Below, piece after piece: positions 31,031-40,138 of a stretch of DNA of 64,000 nucleotides; the first letter of the stretch is position 1; every line of letters starts with the position of its first letter. A program made the position numbers and the translations under genes. This DNA comes from Nitrososphaerota archaeon (GTDB lineage Archaea; Thermoproteota; Nitrososphaeria_A; Caldarchaeales; Calditenuaceae), in assembly GCA_038845265.1 (NCBI GenBank), contig JAWBQR010000007.1:1-64000 (forward strand). The letters are read 5' to 3'. The notes under the pieces are model-generated. The model was not told where the DNA came from, made no database searches, and saw only the letters and a list, made by a program, of their open reading frames with translations.

Positions 31031-31816
31031 ATGAGTGTTGGTAAGAGTTTGTCGGATAAAGGATGGATAATACTGACTGTCGTTCCGCTGGCAGCTATAA
31101 TCATGGCGACGATTCTTGCGTATGGCGCATTGACGAGCGCTGCGCCTCTCGAGGTGCAGAATACTGAAAGTACGCAGGTTGCTGAGCAGCATACATTGAC
31201 AGTTGTCGGAGTTGGCACGGTCAAGATTAGGCCGGACGTAGCGATGATTTATTTAGGCGTCGAGACTAGAGCGCCAGAAGCTTCTGAGGCTGCCCAGAAG
31301 AACGCCGCGATTATGTCCGCAGTCATTGATGAGCTGACAAGCCTCGGAATCGAGGAGCGAGACCTGAGAACCGCCTACCTCGCGATTTATCCAGACATCA
31401 AGTGTGACAGTAATGGTTGCGTCCAGGTCGGCTATGTCGCAACGAACACCATAGAGGTATCATTGCGGGGAGATAAGATGATTCTCGCATCAAGCGTCAT
31501 TGATAGAGCAGTGAAAGCGGGAGCGAACTTGGTCTCGGGCGTGACATTCACGCTCTCGGACGAGCTACAGGAAGAGATCAGTGACCAAGCGCTTAGCAAG
31601 GCAATAGCCGATGCGCAGGCAAAGGCAAAGAAGGTTACAGAGCCTCTCGGCCTGAAGATTCTTGGCGTTGATAGTGTATCATTGATGTGGCAGTCAATGC
31701 CAATACCATACCCACTTAGGGGAGAGGCAGTCAGCACTATCGATAAGGGAATGGCTGTGTTCCCAGGCGAATCTACCTACACAGTCCAAGTCCAGATCGT
31801 CTATATAATTGGATAA
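31031..31816 (+). CDS. SIMPL (DUF541) domain protein; start trimmed
   Basis: LTVVGVGTVKIRPDVA, GYVATNTIEV, AIADAQAKA. Confidence 0.88.
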   Translation: MSVGKSLSDKGWIILTVVPLAAIIMATILAYGALTSAAPLEVQNTESTQVAEQHTLTVVGVGTVKIRPDVAMIYLGVETRAPEASEAAQKNAAIMSAVIDELTSLGIEERDLRTAYLAIYPDIKCDSNGCVQVGYVATNTIEVSLRGDKMILASSVIDRAVKAGANLVSGVTFTLSDELQEEISDQALSKAIADAQAKAKKVTEPLGLKILGVDSVSLMWQSMPIPYPLRGEAVSTIDKGMAVFPGESTYTVQVQIVYIIG

Positions 31817-31837
31817 AACAATCTCAATTTTTATTTT

Positions 31838-32518
31838 TTAATAATTCAAGTCTTCTACTATTTTTTGTTCTATTAATTCTACTCCTCGGCTTGTCCCTAT
31901 CCTCGTAGCCCCCGCCTCTACAAGCCTTACTGCGTCTTCAATTCTCTTGATGCCTCCTGAAGCCTTTATCCCAATTGACGGCCCAGCTAGCTTTCTGATC
32001 AATCTAACATCTTCTACTGTTGCTCCTCCCTTGTTTATTCCGTATCCAGTCGATGTCTTTATGTGGCTTGCTCCTGCCTTTACCGCTATCTTTATGGCCT
32101 CTACTTTCTCTTCCTCGGTGAGGTCCGATGTCTCAAGTATTACTTTGACCGGCCTCTTTCCAGCTGCTCTGATAACTGCTCTTATATCCCGCATCACTGC
32201 CCTGTAGTCGCCTGACTTTAGCCATGACCTGTTCATGACCATGTCTATCTCGTCCGCGCCATTCTTTACTGCATATCTCGTCTCCGCTACCTTTGATGCT
32301 GTTGGATTATTTCCCCATGGGAATCCAACTACTGCGACCACCTTTACTCCGCTGCCCTTTAATCTATTCTTTGCATGATTAACATAGATGGGAGGGACTA
32401 CGACTGCGTAGAAGTTATACTTTAAGGCCTCTTCGCACAGCCTATCTATGTCTGATGGAAGTGCATTTGGGCTAACGTTTGTATGCTCAATAATTCTCGC
32501 CAAATCTGCGCTATTCAT
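31838..32518 (-). CDS. deoC: Deoxyribose-phosphate aldolase
   Basis: IEHT, GFPWG, GADEIDMV, KVILET, KTSTG, KASGGI, RIGTS. Confidence 0.97.
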   Translation of the reverse strand: MNSADLARIIEHTNVSPNALPSDIDRLCEEALKYNFYAVVVPPIYVNHAKNRLKGSGVKVVAVVGFPWGNNPTASKVAETRYAVKNGADEIDMVMNRSWLKSGDYRAVMRDIRAVIRAAGKRPVKVILETSDLTEEEKVEAIKIAVKAGASHIKTSTGYGINKGGATVEDVRLIRKLAGPSIGIKASGGIKRIEDAVRLVEAGATRIGTSRGVELIEQKIVEDLNY

Positions 32519-32525
32519 TAAATGA

Positions 32526-32909
32526 TTATGATGTTAGCCATTTAATTAGTTCTTCCGGATCACTTGTCTCTATTTCTACCTCGATGCTTCCTATCGCTGG
32601 CTCCTCGTCGAAGTCTAGGATAGATGCTACACCGACGTATGCTGCCTGCTTGCTGAGACGCATAGACACGATGCCCGGCCTAACGGCCTCTCTCAACAGC
32701 CTCGCTGCAGTTGACCTTACCTTCCGTCTCCTCCAATTCTCCTTCACGTATTTTAGTGATGAGATCTCGCTGGACTCGCCTATGAAGAATCTCCTACCAT
32801 AAGATTCATTAATCTTAAACTCGACATCGGGGAATATTTTTCTAATCGCTCTTAGGAGCTTTTCTTCGTCCTCTGTAGGCTTTATCTCTGACCTTATACT
32901 TACATGCAT
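32526..32909 (-). CDS. UPF0201/DUF54 RNA-binding protein
   Basis: IKPTED.EK...AI..IFP, LSKQAAYVG. Confidence 0.8.
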   Translation of the reverse strand: MHVSIRSEIKPTEDEEKLLRAIRKIFPDVEFKINESYGRRFFIGESSEISSLKYVKENWRRRKVRSTAARLLREAVRPGIVSMRLSKQAAYVGVASILDFDEEPAIGSIEVEIETSDPEELIKWLTS

Positions 32910-33015
32910 CGTCTAGCCATATAGAACATGTTCGGCATTATTGATATAGGTTAGGCCCGGGGAGATGTGGATAATTCGGCAACATCTTTAATTCATTAAT
33001 CTAGTCATAATTCAA

Positions 33016-33927
33016 GTGATGAAGCGGAGAAGAGGCGATAAGGCAACATTTCCAGAGAGGGCTCTCTCAAGGTTGCTTAAGAATAGCCAAGTAGAGCTTC
33101 CCCTGACTAGACATAGGCTCATCATTGGAGACTCTAGGAATATGCGTGAAGTGAATGACGACGAGGTCCAATTAATCATTACTTCTCCTCCTTATCCAAT
33201 GGTAGAGATATGGGATGAATTATTTGAAAAGATGGGGTGCAGAACTTATCGCGAGATGCTGGACTATTTGGGAGAAGTCTGGCATGAGTGTTATCGCGTG
33301 CTTTGCAATGGTGGCTATCTATGCATAAACATTGGTGATGCATTAAGAAGGATTAATGGAGCATTCAAGCTTTTTCCAAATCATGCAGAGGTAATAAAGC
33401 AATGCGAGGAGATAGGATTCAATGTCTTGCCATATATCCTGTGGAAAAAGCCGATGAATAGGCCTGACGCATTTCTTGGCTCTGGGTTTTTGCCCCCAAA
33501 TGCATATGTAACGCTTGACTGTGAATATATCTTGATTTTTAGGAAAGGGCCGCCGAGGAGGTTTAAACCCCTCGACCCATATCGATATCTCAGTCACTAC
33601 AGCAAGGCCGAGAGGGATACGTGGTTCAGCCAGATATGGGATGTGAAGGGCACCAGGCAAGAATCAAAAGACGCTGCGAGAAGACTCGCGGCCTATCCAT
33701 ACGAGATTCCCTACAGGCTCATAAGGATGTACTCGGTTATCGGCGATACCGTTCTTGACCCCTTCCTAGGCACTGGGACAACAATGCTCGCTGCAATGAA
33801 GACTCATAGAAACAGCATTGGATACGAGATTGACGCTTCACTACTGCCGCTAATCAATAAAAGACTGCAAGCCAAGTTAAGAGAAAGGGATGGCGAGCGC
33901 CGATTATACGAATTTACCTATCCATAA
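33016..33927 (+). CDS. Beta-class N4-cytosine DNA methyltransferase (orphan), resembling the CTAG-specific M.MthZI/Zim family
   Basis: TSPPY catalytic motif precedes VLDPFLGTGTT; FLGSGFLPPNAYVTL.EYILIFRKG segment recalled from CTAG methylases. Confidence 0.8.
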   Translation: MMKRRRGDKATFPERALSRLLKNSQVELPLTRHRLIIGDSRNMREVNDDEVQLIITSPPYPMVEIWDELFEKMGCRTYREMLDYLGEVWHECYRVLCNGGYLCINIGDALRRINGAFKLFPNHAEVIKQCEEIGFNVLPYILWKKPMNRPDAFLGSGFLPPNAYVTLDCEYILIFRKGPPRRFKPLDPYRYLSHYSKAERDTWFSQIWDVKGTRQESKDAARRLAAYPYEIPYRLIRMYSVIGDTVLDPFLGTGTTMLAAMKTHRNSIGYEIDASLLPLINKRLQAKLRERDGERRLYEFTYP

Positions 33928-33969
33928 TTTTCACGAATTAATATCAGTACACGACTAATTAATTGTGAA

Positions 33970-34647
33970 TTGCTGGATGGATGCTTTGTGGTTGTATGGG
34001 AGGGCACGGACGGCTCGGGAAAAACGACGCTGAGACATGAAGTAGAGAAGAGGTTGAGAAGACTTGGATACCGAGTTGCTTCTTATAAGACGCCGAGCAG
34101 AACAGCCACCGGACTCTTCGCTGTAAAGCATGGAAATAAGAGAGGCGTAGACCCGCTTGTCCGGATGCTACTCTTCTTAGCAAACACGATCGACGACTCA
34201 GAGCTCATGATTAAAAGAGTAATGAGCAATATGCCAGATTATTTCTTTATTGATAGATATTATTTATGCTCCATTGTTTATGGACTTGCATTGCTTAGGA
34301 GGAGCGGAAGAGAAGTTCCAGATGTATCTATTGTAGTGGAGATGGTTGAAGGGATGGGGGGTGATAGACTTATCAGGCCGGACCTCTACATCATCGTAGA
34401 CGTCGAGGAAGAAGAGAGGCTTAGAAGGATAGCAGGCAAGAAATCAAGGGACAGGACCGTCGAGCACGATACCGAGACGCAAAACATCGTGAGAAAAATA
34501 TATGCAGATTACCGAGAAAAGAATCCTAAGAATACAATCCTAATAATGAATGAGGCTGGAAAGCTCGAGGAGACTGGAAAATTCATAGCTGATCTCCTGA
34601 TATCTCTTAGGGATTCCACTCGTCAGGAGCTATCTAAAAACAAATAA
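33970..34647 (+). CDS. tmk: Thymidylate kinase
   Basis: EGTDGSGKTT P-loop, LLFLA, IDRY..S..YG, RPDL.I..DV. Confidence 0.85.
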   Translation: MLDGCFVVVWEGTDGSGKTTLRHEVEKRLRRLGYRVASYKTPSRTATGLFAVKHGNKRGVDPLVRMLLFLANTIDDSELMIKRVMSNMPDYFFIDRYYLCSIVYGLALLRRSGREVPDVSIVVEMVEGMGGDRLIRPDLYIIVDVEEEERLRRIAGKKSRDRTVEHDTETQNIVRKIYADYREKNPKNTILIMNEAGKLEETGKFIADLLISLRDSTRQELSKNK

Positions 34648-34673
34648 GCATCCAGATAGTCTGAGCTATAGAA

Positions 34674-35099
34674 TTGGTGAGGTATAGGGTCACGTTAAAG
34701 CAGGCCTATGGAGACGTCGAGGTAGAAGGTGAAAGCATAGAAGAGGTCTTAAAAAACCTAGGCAACCTCAAGAAGATTGCAGAACAGGTGGGAGAAGCCC
34801 TCGGAGTGGAGGCTCCCGGAGAAAAGACGCAGGCACCCGAGGCAGTTGTTAAGGTCAAGCGCAGGAGGGGGAAGTCGGAGGCCGTAGTAGCGCTGGAAAA
34901 TATTGAGACACATCTCCTGCCCGGCAAGTTTTTCGCCCAGCCAAGAAGTACTGCGGAGGTTCGGCAGAAGCTAAAAGAGGTAACTGGAATTACCTTCCAG
35001 AGCAGAAAGGTAAGCCAGGCCCTCGGCATACTCTATAAGTCCAACAAGCTTTCAAGGACGGGTACAAAGGGAAACTACAAGTATTTTAAGAAGCCTTAA
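34674..35099 (+). CDS. Hypothetical protein with probable C-terminal winged helix
   Basis: FFAQPRSTAEVRQKL...VSQALGILYKSNKLSR...Y.Y. Confidence 0.55.
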   Translation: MVRYRVTLKQAYGDVEVEGESIEEVLKNLGNLKKIAEQVGEALGVEAPGEKTQAPEAVVKVKRRRGKSEAVVALENIETHLLPGKFFAQPRSTAEVRQKLKEVTGITFQSRKVSQALGILYKSNKLSRTGTKGNYKYFKKP

Positions 35100-35153
35100 C
35101 AGTGGGAGAATTTATCATTCAGCTCCTGTCTTTTATTTTCGTGGCTGGTAGAG

Positions 35154-35714
35154 TTGTCTCTACGGTGCTTCGTGGCCTTTGACCTATCTTCTCCAAGCAT
35201 TGCCGAGAAGATAGCCCTGATACAGAGAGAGCTCGAAAGCCAAGGAATCGACGGCAAGCCAGTCGACCCGGAGATAATTCACCTCACACTTCAGTTCCTA
35301 GGCGAGATCTCGCCGGAATATGTCAAGACCGTCTCTGAGCAGCTCTCATCAATTGTCTTTAGACCCTTCACTGCTAGGCTTAAAGGAGTGGGATACTTCC
35401 CAGGCGGTGGAAGAATTAATGTGGTTTGGGTAGGCGTCGAGGAGCCGGAGGGCATCCTCTCCCAAGTGCAGAGAGAAGTATCAACTAGGCTCTCCAAGCT
35501 TGGGCTAAGGCCCGACAAAGAGTTCAAGCCCCACGTAACCATTTACAGAGTCAAGTCCGTCAAGAATAAGCCGAGCGTCCTCTCACTTCTAGAGAAACTA
35601 AAGGGACAAGAATTTGGCGAAGTATTCATTGATAAGCTTAAGCTAAAAAAGAGCACACTGACTCCGCAGGGCCCAATATATGAGGACCTACTAGTCGTAG
35701 AGGCAAGGAGATAG
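35154..35714 (+). CDS. thpR: RNA 2',3'-cyclic phosphodiesterase (2H family)
   Basis: Two HxT motifs (HLTL, HVTI); RCFVA; STLTPQGPIY. Confidence 0.92.
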   Translation: MSLRCFVAFDLSSPSIAEKIALIQRELESQGIDGKPVDPEIIHLTLQFLGEISPEYVKTVSEQLSSIVFRPFTARLKGVGYFPGGGRINVVWVGVEEPEGILSQVQREVSTRLSKLGLRPDKEFKPHVTIYRVKSVKNKPSVLSLLEKLKGQEFGEVFIDKLKLKKSTLTPQGPIYEDLLVVEARR

Positions 35715-35718
35715 AGAA

Positions 35719-36090
35719 CTACTTATTTGTCTTGAGCTTTTCACGTATCTCGTTTCCCTTCTGGAGGACAGTCAGCAGAGCGTCTATTGCTTTAGAAACT
35801 GCTTCGACCTCTTCTAATTCCAATGCCCTCGATAGCCTGACTGTAAGTTCATCTATCTTTGAGACGACTACGTCTTCAAGCGTGTTGAGTATATATGGAT
35901 ACATTGCCCTCCCCGACTCTGCTTCGTCCTTAACAACTACAACCGGCTTATCACAAGCGACGCACCTCATCTCGCCCTTAACATCAAATAATGGATTACC
36001 ACAAACCGGGCATGCCTCAGGCAGCATCTTTGCTCCAGACCTCAGGGCGTCTGCAAGCCTCTTAACCACATCTTCACGCCTAGCCGTCAA
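35719..36090 (-). CDS. Sjogren's/scleroderma autoantigen p27 family zinc-finger protein
   Basis: LRSGAKML.EACPVCG.PLF...C..C. Confidence 0.85.
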   Translation of the reverse strand: MTARREDVVKRLADALRSGAKMLPEACPVCGNPLFDVKGEMRCVACDKPVVVVKDEAESGRAMYPYILNTLEDVVVSKIDELTVRLSRALELEEVEAVSKAIDALLTVLQKGNEIREKLKTNK

Positions 36091-36184
36091 TCTCCATAAA
36101 AATAAAGATAGACCCTGCTAAAATACTAAACATAATTTATTTTATAAAAACCTTTTATATAGCTAGCTAAATAATCTTAATGAA

Positions 36185-36415
36185 ATGACTGTATTGGCAT
36201 ATATTTTGATAAGGACACATGCCGGAAAAGCAAAAAGCGTTGCTGAACAATTATCAAAGATCTCGGGATGCAGAAACGTATGCACAGTGACTGGAAGATA
36301 CGACATCATCATGATGCTAGAGGCGGAGAGCCTAGAGTCCCTTGGAAAACTAGTCGTCGAAACAATACACAAAGTCGAGGGTATTGAAAGGACTGAGACA
36401 GCAATCGTAGTATAA
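36185..36415 (+). CDS. Stand-alone Lrp/AsnC ligand-binding (RAM) domain protein
   Basis: AYILI, VTGRYDII, IHKVEGIERTET. Confidence 0.88.
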   Translation: MTVLAYILIRTHAGKAKSVAEQLSKISGCRNVCTVTGRYDIIMMLEAESLESLGKLVVETIHKVEGIERTETAIVV

Positions 36416-36439
36416 ACACAAAAATCAAATTTTTATTTT

Positions 36440-37735
36440 TTACTTCTTGATTATTTCTACTAATGCTTCTCTAGATTTCTCAAGCGTTATCTTTACGTCT
36501 TCTTCGGTGTGGGCCGCACTTATGTGATTTCTCTTTAGGTTCAGTGGAAGCATAAATATCCCCCTTTCTATCATCTTTTTCCTATATTCAACGAAGAGCT
36601 TAGCATCGTTTCGCAGTAGGTCTGTATAGTTCTCAACTGGCGGTTCCATGAAGTACGTGACGAATACTGAGCCAAAGCCAGTAGTGTAGGCCTTTATTCC
36701 AAGCTCCTCAGTCATCTCGCTGAGTCCCTGCCTCATCATCTCGCCGAGCCTAAAGATGTATTCATGAACCTTGCCGTCCTCTAACTGTTCAATCGTAGCT
36801 ATACAGGCCGCCAAGCAGAAGGGATGCGCATTGTATGTGCCCGCAAAGAATACGTCTCCACCGGGCCGCGTGTTAAACCTATCCATGAGGTCAGCCCGAC
36901 CACCTATCGCAGCCAATGGATAACCATTAGCCATAGCCTTTCCAAGCGTAGTAAGGTCAGGAATAACATTGACTATTTTCTGATAGCCGCCTACATGATG
37001 CCTAAAGCCAGTTATAACCTCATCAAATATCAGGACAATGTCTTCACGGTCAGCAATCTCTCTCAGGCCTCTTAGAAAATCTATCTTGGGCAGTACGCAA
37101 CCAATGTTGTGAGGAATCGGTTCTAGAATTATTGCTGCAATCTCGCCTCGATGCATCTTCACCGTCCTCTCAACTCCATCCAAATCGTTAAAGTCTAGAA
37201 CTATTGTGTTTTCGACTGCTTCTGGAAGCATGCCCGCTGAGAGTGGGTCTTTCTTTCCTATCTTGTCAGGCGCACTAATCACATTCATCAATAAGTAGTC
37301 ATGCCAGCCATGGTAGCATCCCTGAAACTTTATCAACTTCTTACGCCCAGTAACGGCCCTGGCCAGCCTCACTGCGTGATAAGTCGCCTCGCTGCCCGAG
37401 TTGCAAAACAAGACCTTCTCAATGCTCGGCACATGCTTTACAATCAGCTCAGCGGCCCTAATCTCGATCTCCGCCGTCCCAACACCTATCAGGTCAACCT
37501 CACTCATTATCTCCATTACTCTGCGATTAACCTCTGGATTATTATGTCCAAGAATAGGAGGACCAAAGGCTGCATGATAATCAATATACTCATTACCATC
37601 CGCATCGTAAATTCTTGAACCCCTGGCTTTCGTAAACACGATAGGCGGGTCCAGAATCCTAATAGATGTATTAACACCACCCGGAATAAGCCTACATGCC
37701 TTCTCGAACAATTCCAATGAACGTGTATTCTTCAT
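36440..37735 (-). CDS. Class III PLP aminotransferase (glutamate-1-semialdehyde aminomutase-like)
   Basis: PGGVN, NSGSEAT, GCYHG, FDEVITGFR, LGKAMANGYP, GTYNAHP. Confidence 0.85.
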   Translation of the reverse strand: MKNTRSLELFEKACRLIPGGVNTSIRILDPPIVFTKARGSRIYDADGNEYIDYHAAFGPPILGHNNPEVNRRVMEIMSEVDLIGVGTAEIEIRAAELIVKHVPSIEKVLFCNSGSEATYHAVRLARAVTGRKKLIKFQGCYHGWHDYLLMNVISAPDKIGKKDPLSAGMLPEAVENTIVLDFNDLDGVERTVKMHRGEIAAIILEPIPHNIGCVLPKIDFLRGLREIADREDIVLIFDEVITGFRHHVGGYQKIVNVIPDLTTLGKAMANGYPLAAIGGRADLMDRFNTRPGGDVFFAGTYNAHPFCLAACIATIEQLEDGKVHEYIFRLGEMMRQGLSEMTEELGIKAYTTGFGSVFVTYFMEPPVENYTDLLRNDAKLFVEYRKKMIERGIFMLPLNLKRNHISAAHTEEDVKITLEKSREALVEIIKK

Positions 37736-37831
37736 AAAATATCGAGTAATAATTTAATCAAAAAGATATTTAACAATTTCAAGAGGTAAGCGAAGCAGAG
37801 CGAGAATTGCTTAGGGCATCATAACTGATTA

Positions 37832-38437
37832 ATGAAGAGCCATATTATGCTTGTGAGGGGAATGTCGGAGAGAGAAGTGTTAAAGCATTTTAGAAGAAGC
37901 ATTCCTCTATGGGCTGGAAATAGTATAGAAGTTATTGGAATATTCTTGGGAGCCATTATGCTGTGTCTAGTGAGCCTCATGTATAATCCACTACTCAGGT
38001 TGCTGAGCCTATTTGTTGCATGGCTTTGTTTTTGGTATTTCTCACACTGCCTAGCTCATTATATTGTTGGAAGATTTCTCGGAGTGAATTATCTATATTA
38101 TTACTTTGGTAGGTCAAGTCTTATCAAACTTAACCTAAGGCCCATATCTTTCATCATGAAATTTGTCCCAGTACTGGGAATCAAGATAGACAAAGCCTCA
38201 TTCAAAAACATTTCAAGGTATAGGAAAGCAGCAACTTATGCTTCTGGCGCATTTGCGTCTATGTTGGCCCCATTAATACCTTTCATATACTCGGCAATCT
38301 ACTTAGACCTGTTTACGACATTAGCATTCGGTTTTATTACCTTTGGAAACATAATATTCACGCTATACTTTAGTTCTAAGGTTGGAGATCTCTCTAGAGC
38401 CAGAAAAGCTCTACGCCAAGATCAAAACAATCTATGA
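37832..38437 (+). CDS. Membrane protein resembling M50 (site-2) peptidases, with HCLAH in place of HExxH
   Basis: TM-embedded SHCLAHYIVGRFLG, later ASGAFAS and GD motifs. Confidence 0.5.
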   Translation: MKSHIMLVRGMSEREVLKHFRRSIPLWAGNSIEVIGIFLGAIMLCLVSLMYNPLLRLLSLFVAWLCFWYFSHCLAHYIVGRFLGVNYLYYYFGRSSLIKLNLRPISFIMKFVPVLGIKIDKASFKNISRYRKAATYASGAFASMLAPLIPFIYSAIYLDLFTTLAFGFITFGNIIFTLYFSSKVGDLSRARKALRQDQNNL

Positions 38438-38523
38438 CTGCATGATTTATCTACAGAGTGGATTTAACCAAGAGTAGAGCATTATAGAGTTATTAAGGAT
38501 TTAACTAAACTTGTTTTTGATGC

Positions 38524-39351
38524 GTGTTGGATGTTTGTCTTTTAGCTGTTCAGATGAGATGCGAGTCTGGAAAAATCGATGAAAATATAGCGAGAGCAGA
38601 AAGACTGCTTAATGATTGCAGAGATGTCTTGATGGATAATAGGACGATTATTTGTCTTCCAGAGCTCTTTACGACTGGTTATAACCTTAGTCGAGAAGAA
38701 TTCATGAGGATTTCTGAGCCTGTTCCTGGCCCGACCAGTGATAAGCTATGCATATTCGCCCAAGAGGTGGGTGCATATGTTTATGCTGGACTGGCTGAGA
38801 GAGTTGAGGAAGCGAGGGAAATCTTTGATTCAAGCGTCTTGATTTCTCCTAGTGGTAAACTGATCGCAAAGTATAGGAAGATTCATCTAGCTGGAGAGTA
38901 TGAAAAAGAAATTTTTAGTCCTGGAAAGGAGGTTGTCACAGCCTCTACTGATATTGGTCGTCTCGGACTTATGATATGTTATGACGTAGTCTTTCCGGAG
39001 CTATCTAGGAGCCTCGCATTGCTTGGAAGCGATATTATCCTGCACTGTAGTGCGTGGTATAGTATTCCTCGAGAGATGGACTGGGGCGCAAGACACTACA
39101 AAACCCTGTTAAACGCTAGGGCGATGGAGAACACAGTATTCATTGTGTCTTCTAATAGAGTTGGAACTGAGGGAAAATTCAGCTTTGTAGGTCATTCATG
39201 CATAGCCTCGCCTTGGGGAGAAATTCTAGCTGAGAAAAAAGGCGGAGAAGGATGTATCTCAGCAGTCATAAACTTGGAGATGCTTAAAAAATGCAGAATC
39301 ATACATCCATGCCTGCAAGAAAGAAAACCCGAGATATACACCCTAAAATAA
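38524..39351 (+). CDS. Carbon-nitrogen hydrolase (nitrilase superfamily)
   Basis: LPELFTTGY, YRKIHL, ICYDVVFPE (E-K-C triad), ARAMEN. Confidence 0.92.
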   Translation: MLDVCLLAVQMRCESGKIDENIARAERLLNDCRDVLMDNRTIICLPELFTTGYNLSREEFMRISEPVPGPTSDKLCIFAQEVGAYVYAGLAERVEEAREIFDSSVLISPSGKLIAKYRKIHLAGEYEKEIFSPGKEVVTASTDIGRLGLMICYDVVFPELSRSLALLGSDIILHCSAWYSIPREMDWGARHYKTLLNARAMENTVFIVSSNRVGTEGKFSFVGHSCIASPWGEILAEKKGGEGCISAVINLEMLKKCRIIHPCLQERKPEIYTLK

Positions 39352-39404
39352 TGACTGTTTAATAAACAAAGTTAAAAAGCTCGAGAATAGAAAATAAAAT
39401 ATTG

Positions 39405-39513
39405 GGGGCCGTAGTCTAGCCTGGTCTAGGACACCTGAACAAGGAACCAGTTCAGGACTAAAACCTGGCTTGGGCCCAGGAGGTCGCCGGTTCAAATCCG
39501 GCCGGCCCCACCA
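39405..39513 (+). tRNA. tRNA-Pro(TGG) with a 30-nt intron at non-canonical position 25/26 (39433-39462)
   Basis: Acceptor GGGGCCG/CGGCCCC-A-CCA, anticodon arm CCTGG-CT-TGG-GC-CCAGG, T arm GCCGG-TTCAAAT-CCGGC; intron hairpin CCTGAAC/GTTCAGG with 3-nt bulges ACA and AAA. Confidence 0.92.
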
Positions 39514-39830
39514 AACTAACTTCTTCACAGAAAAGAAGGAGTTGTGTGAAGATTAAGTTGACGTGATCTGTGAATTGTGAATATTGTTGATGATTCTGCT
39601 CATCGCATCTATGTATTGGTGATGCGGGTATCAGGGTATTAATATAAGGGGTCCTGGAAATTGTTTAGGTATTAGCTTTTCTCGGCTATTTTTATCAATA
39701 TTCATCAATTTTTATAATAAAGGTGACTTGAGGAAGGCTAGTGTACTCCTCTCAATATCTAACCATTTGGATTAACTGTTTCACTGTTTAGACATGAAGT
39801 GAATAATTTTGGTTCACAGTTCTCCACAAG

Positions 39831-39850
39831 CTCCAGTGGAAATTGAGGGG
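39831..39850 (+). promoter_or_regulatory. Origin recognition box (ORB) 1
   Basis: CTCCAGTGGAAATTGAGGGG matches the archaeal ORB pattern TCCA-nnn-GAAA plus G-string. Confidence 0.85.
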
Positions 39851-40010
39851 TTCTTTTTTAAAAGGGTCCTTTAACAAGTGAAAGACAGTGAAATTATCCT
39901 CTTTCATGGCATGAGGGGAAAAAATTGTTTTATGGGTTAATGTTGAAAAAGCTGTGTTTACTTTTAGTAAATTAATGTTGCCTATACCGATGCATTATTT
40001 TTCCCCTAGA

Positions 40011-40030
40011 CCCCTATTATTCGATTGGAA
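40011..40030 (-). promoter_or_regulatory. Origin recognition box (ORB) 2, inverted
   Basis: Reverse complement reads TTCCAATCGAATAATAGGGG. Confidence 0.7.
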
Positions 40031-40138
40031 GTTATTTTCTACCTATTTTCTAGGGAAAAATCAAAATAATAAAAATAAATTGTAGCATTTTCTCAAAATA
40101 TTTTTTGTTGAATGTTGTAATAGTTATTTTCCTGTCTA

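Larger units (their letters stand above)
39520..40138. other. Probable chromosomal replication origin (oriC)
   Basis: ~620-bp ORF-free AT-rich region directly upstream of cdc6, with two convergent ORB-like boxes. Confidence 0.8.

Noticed and set aside
39488-39513. tRNA-Pro 3' end and tRNA-Gly-like 3' end (56622-56644) as attL/attR
   Set aside because: The shared sequence is only the universal GGTTCAAATCC T-arm motif; the stems differ.
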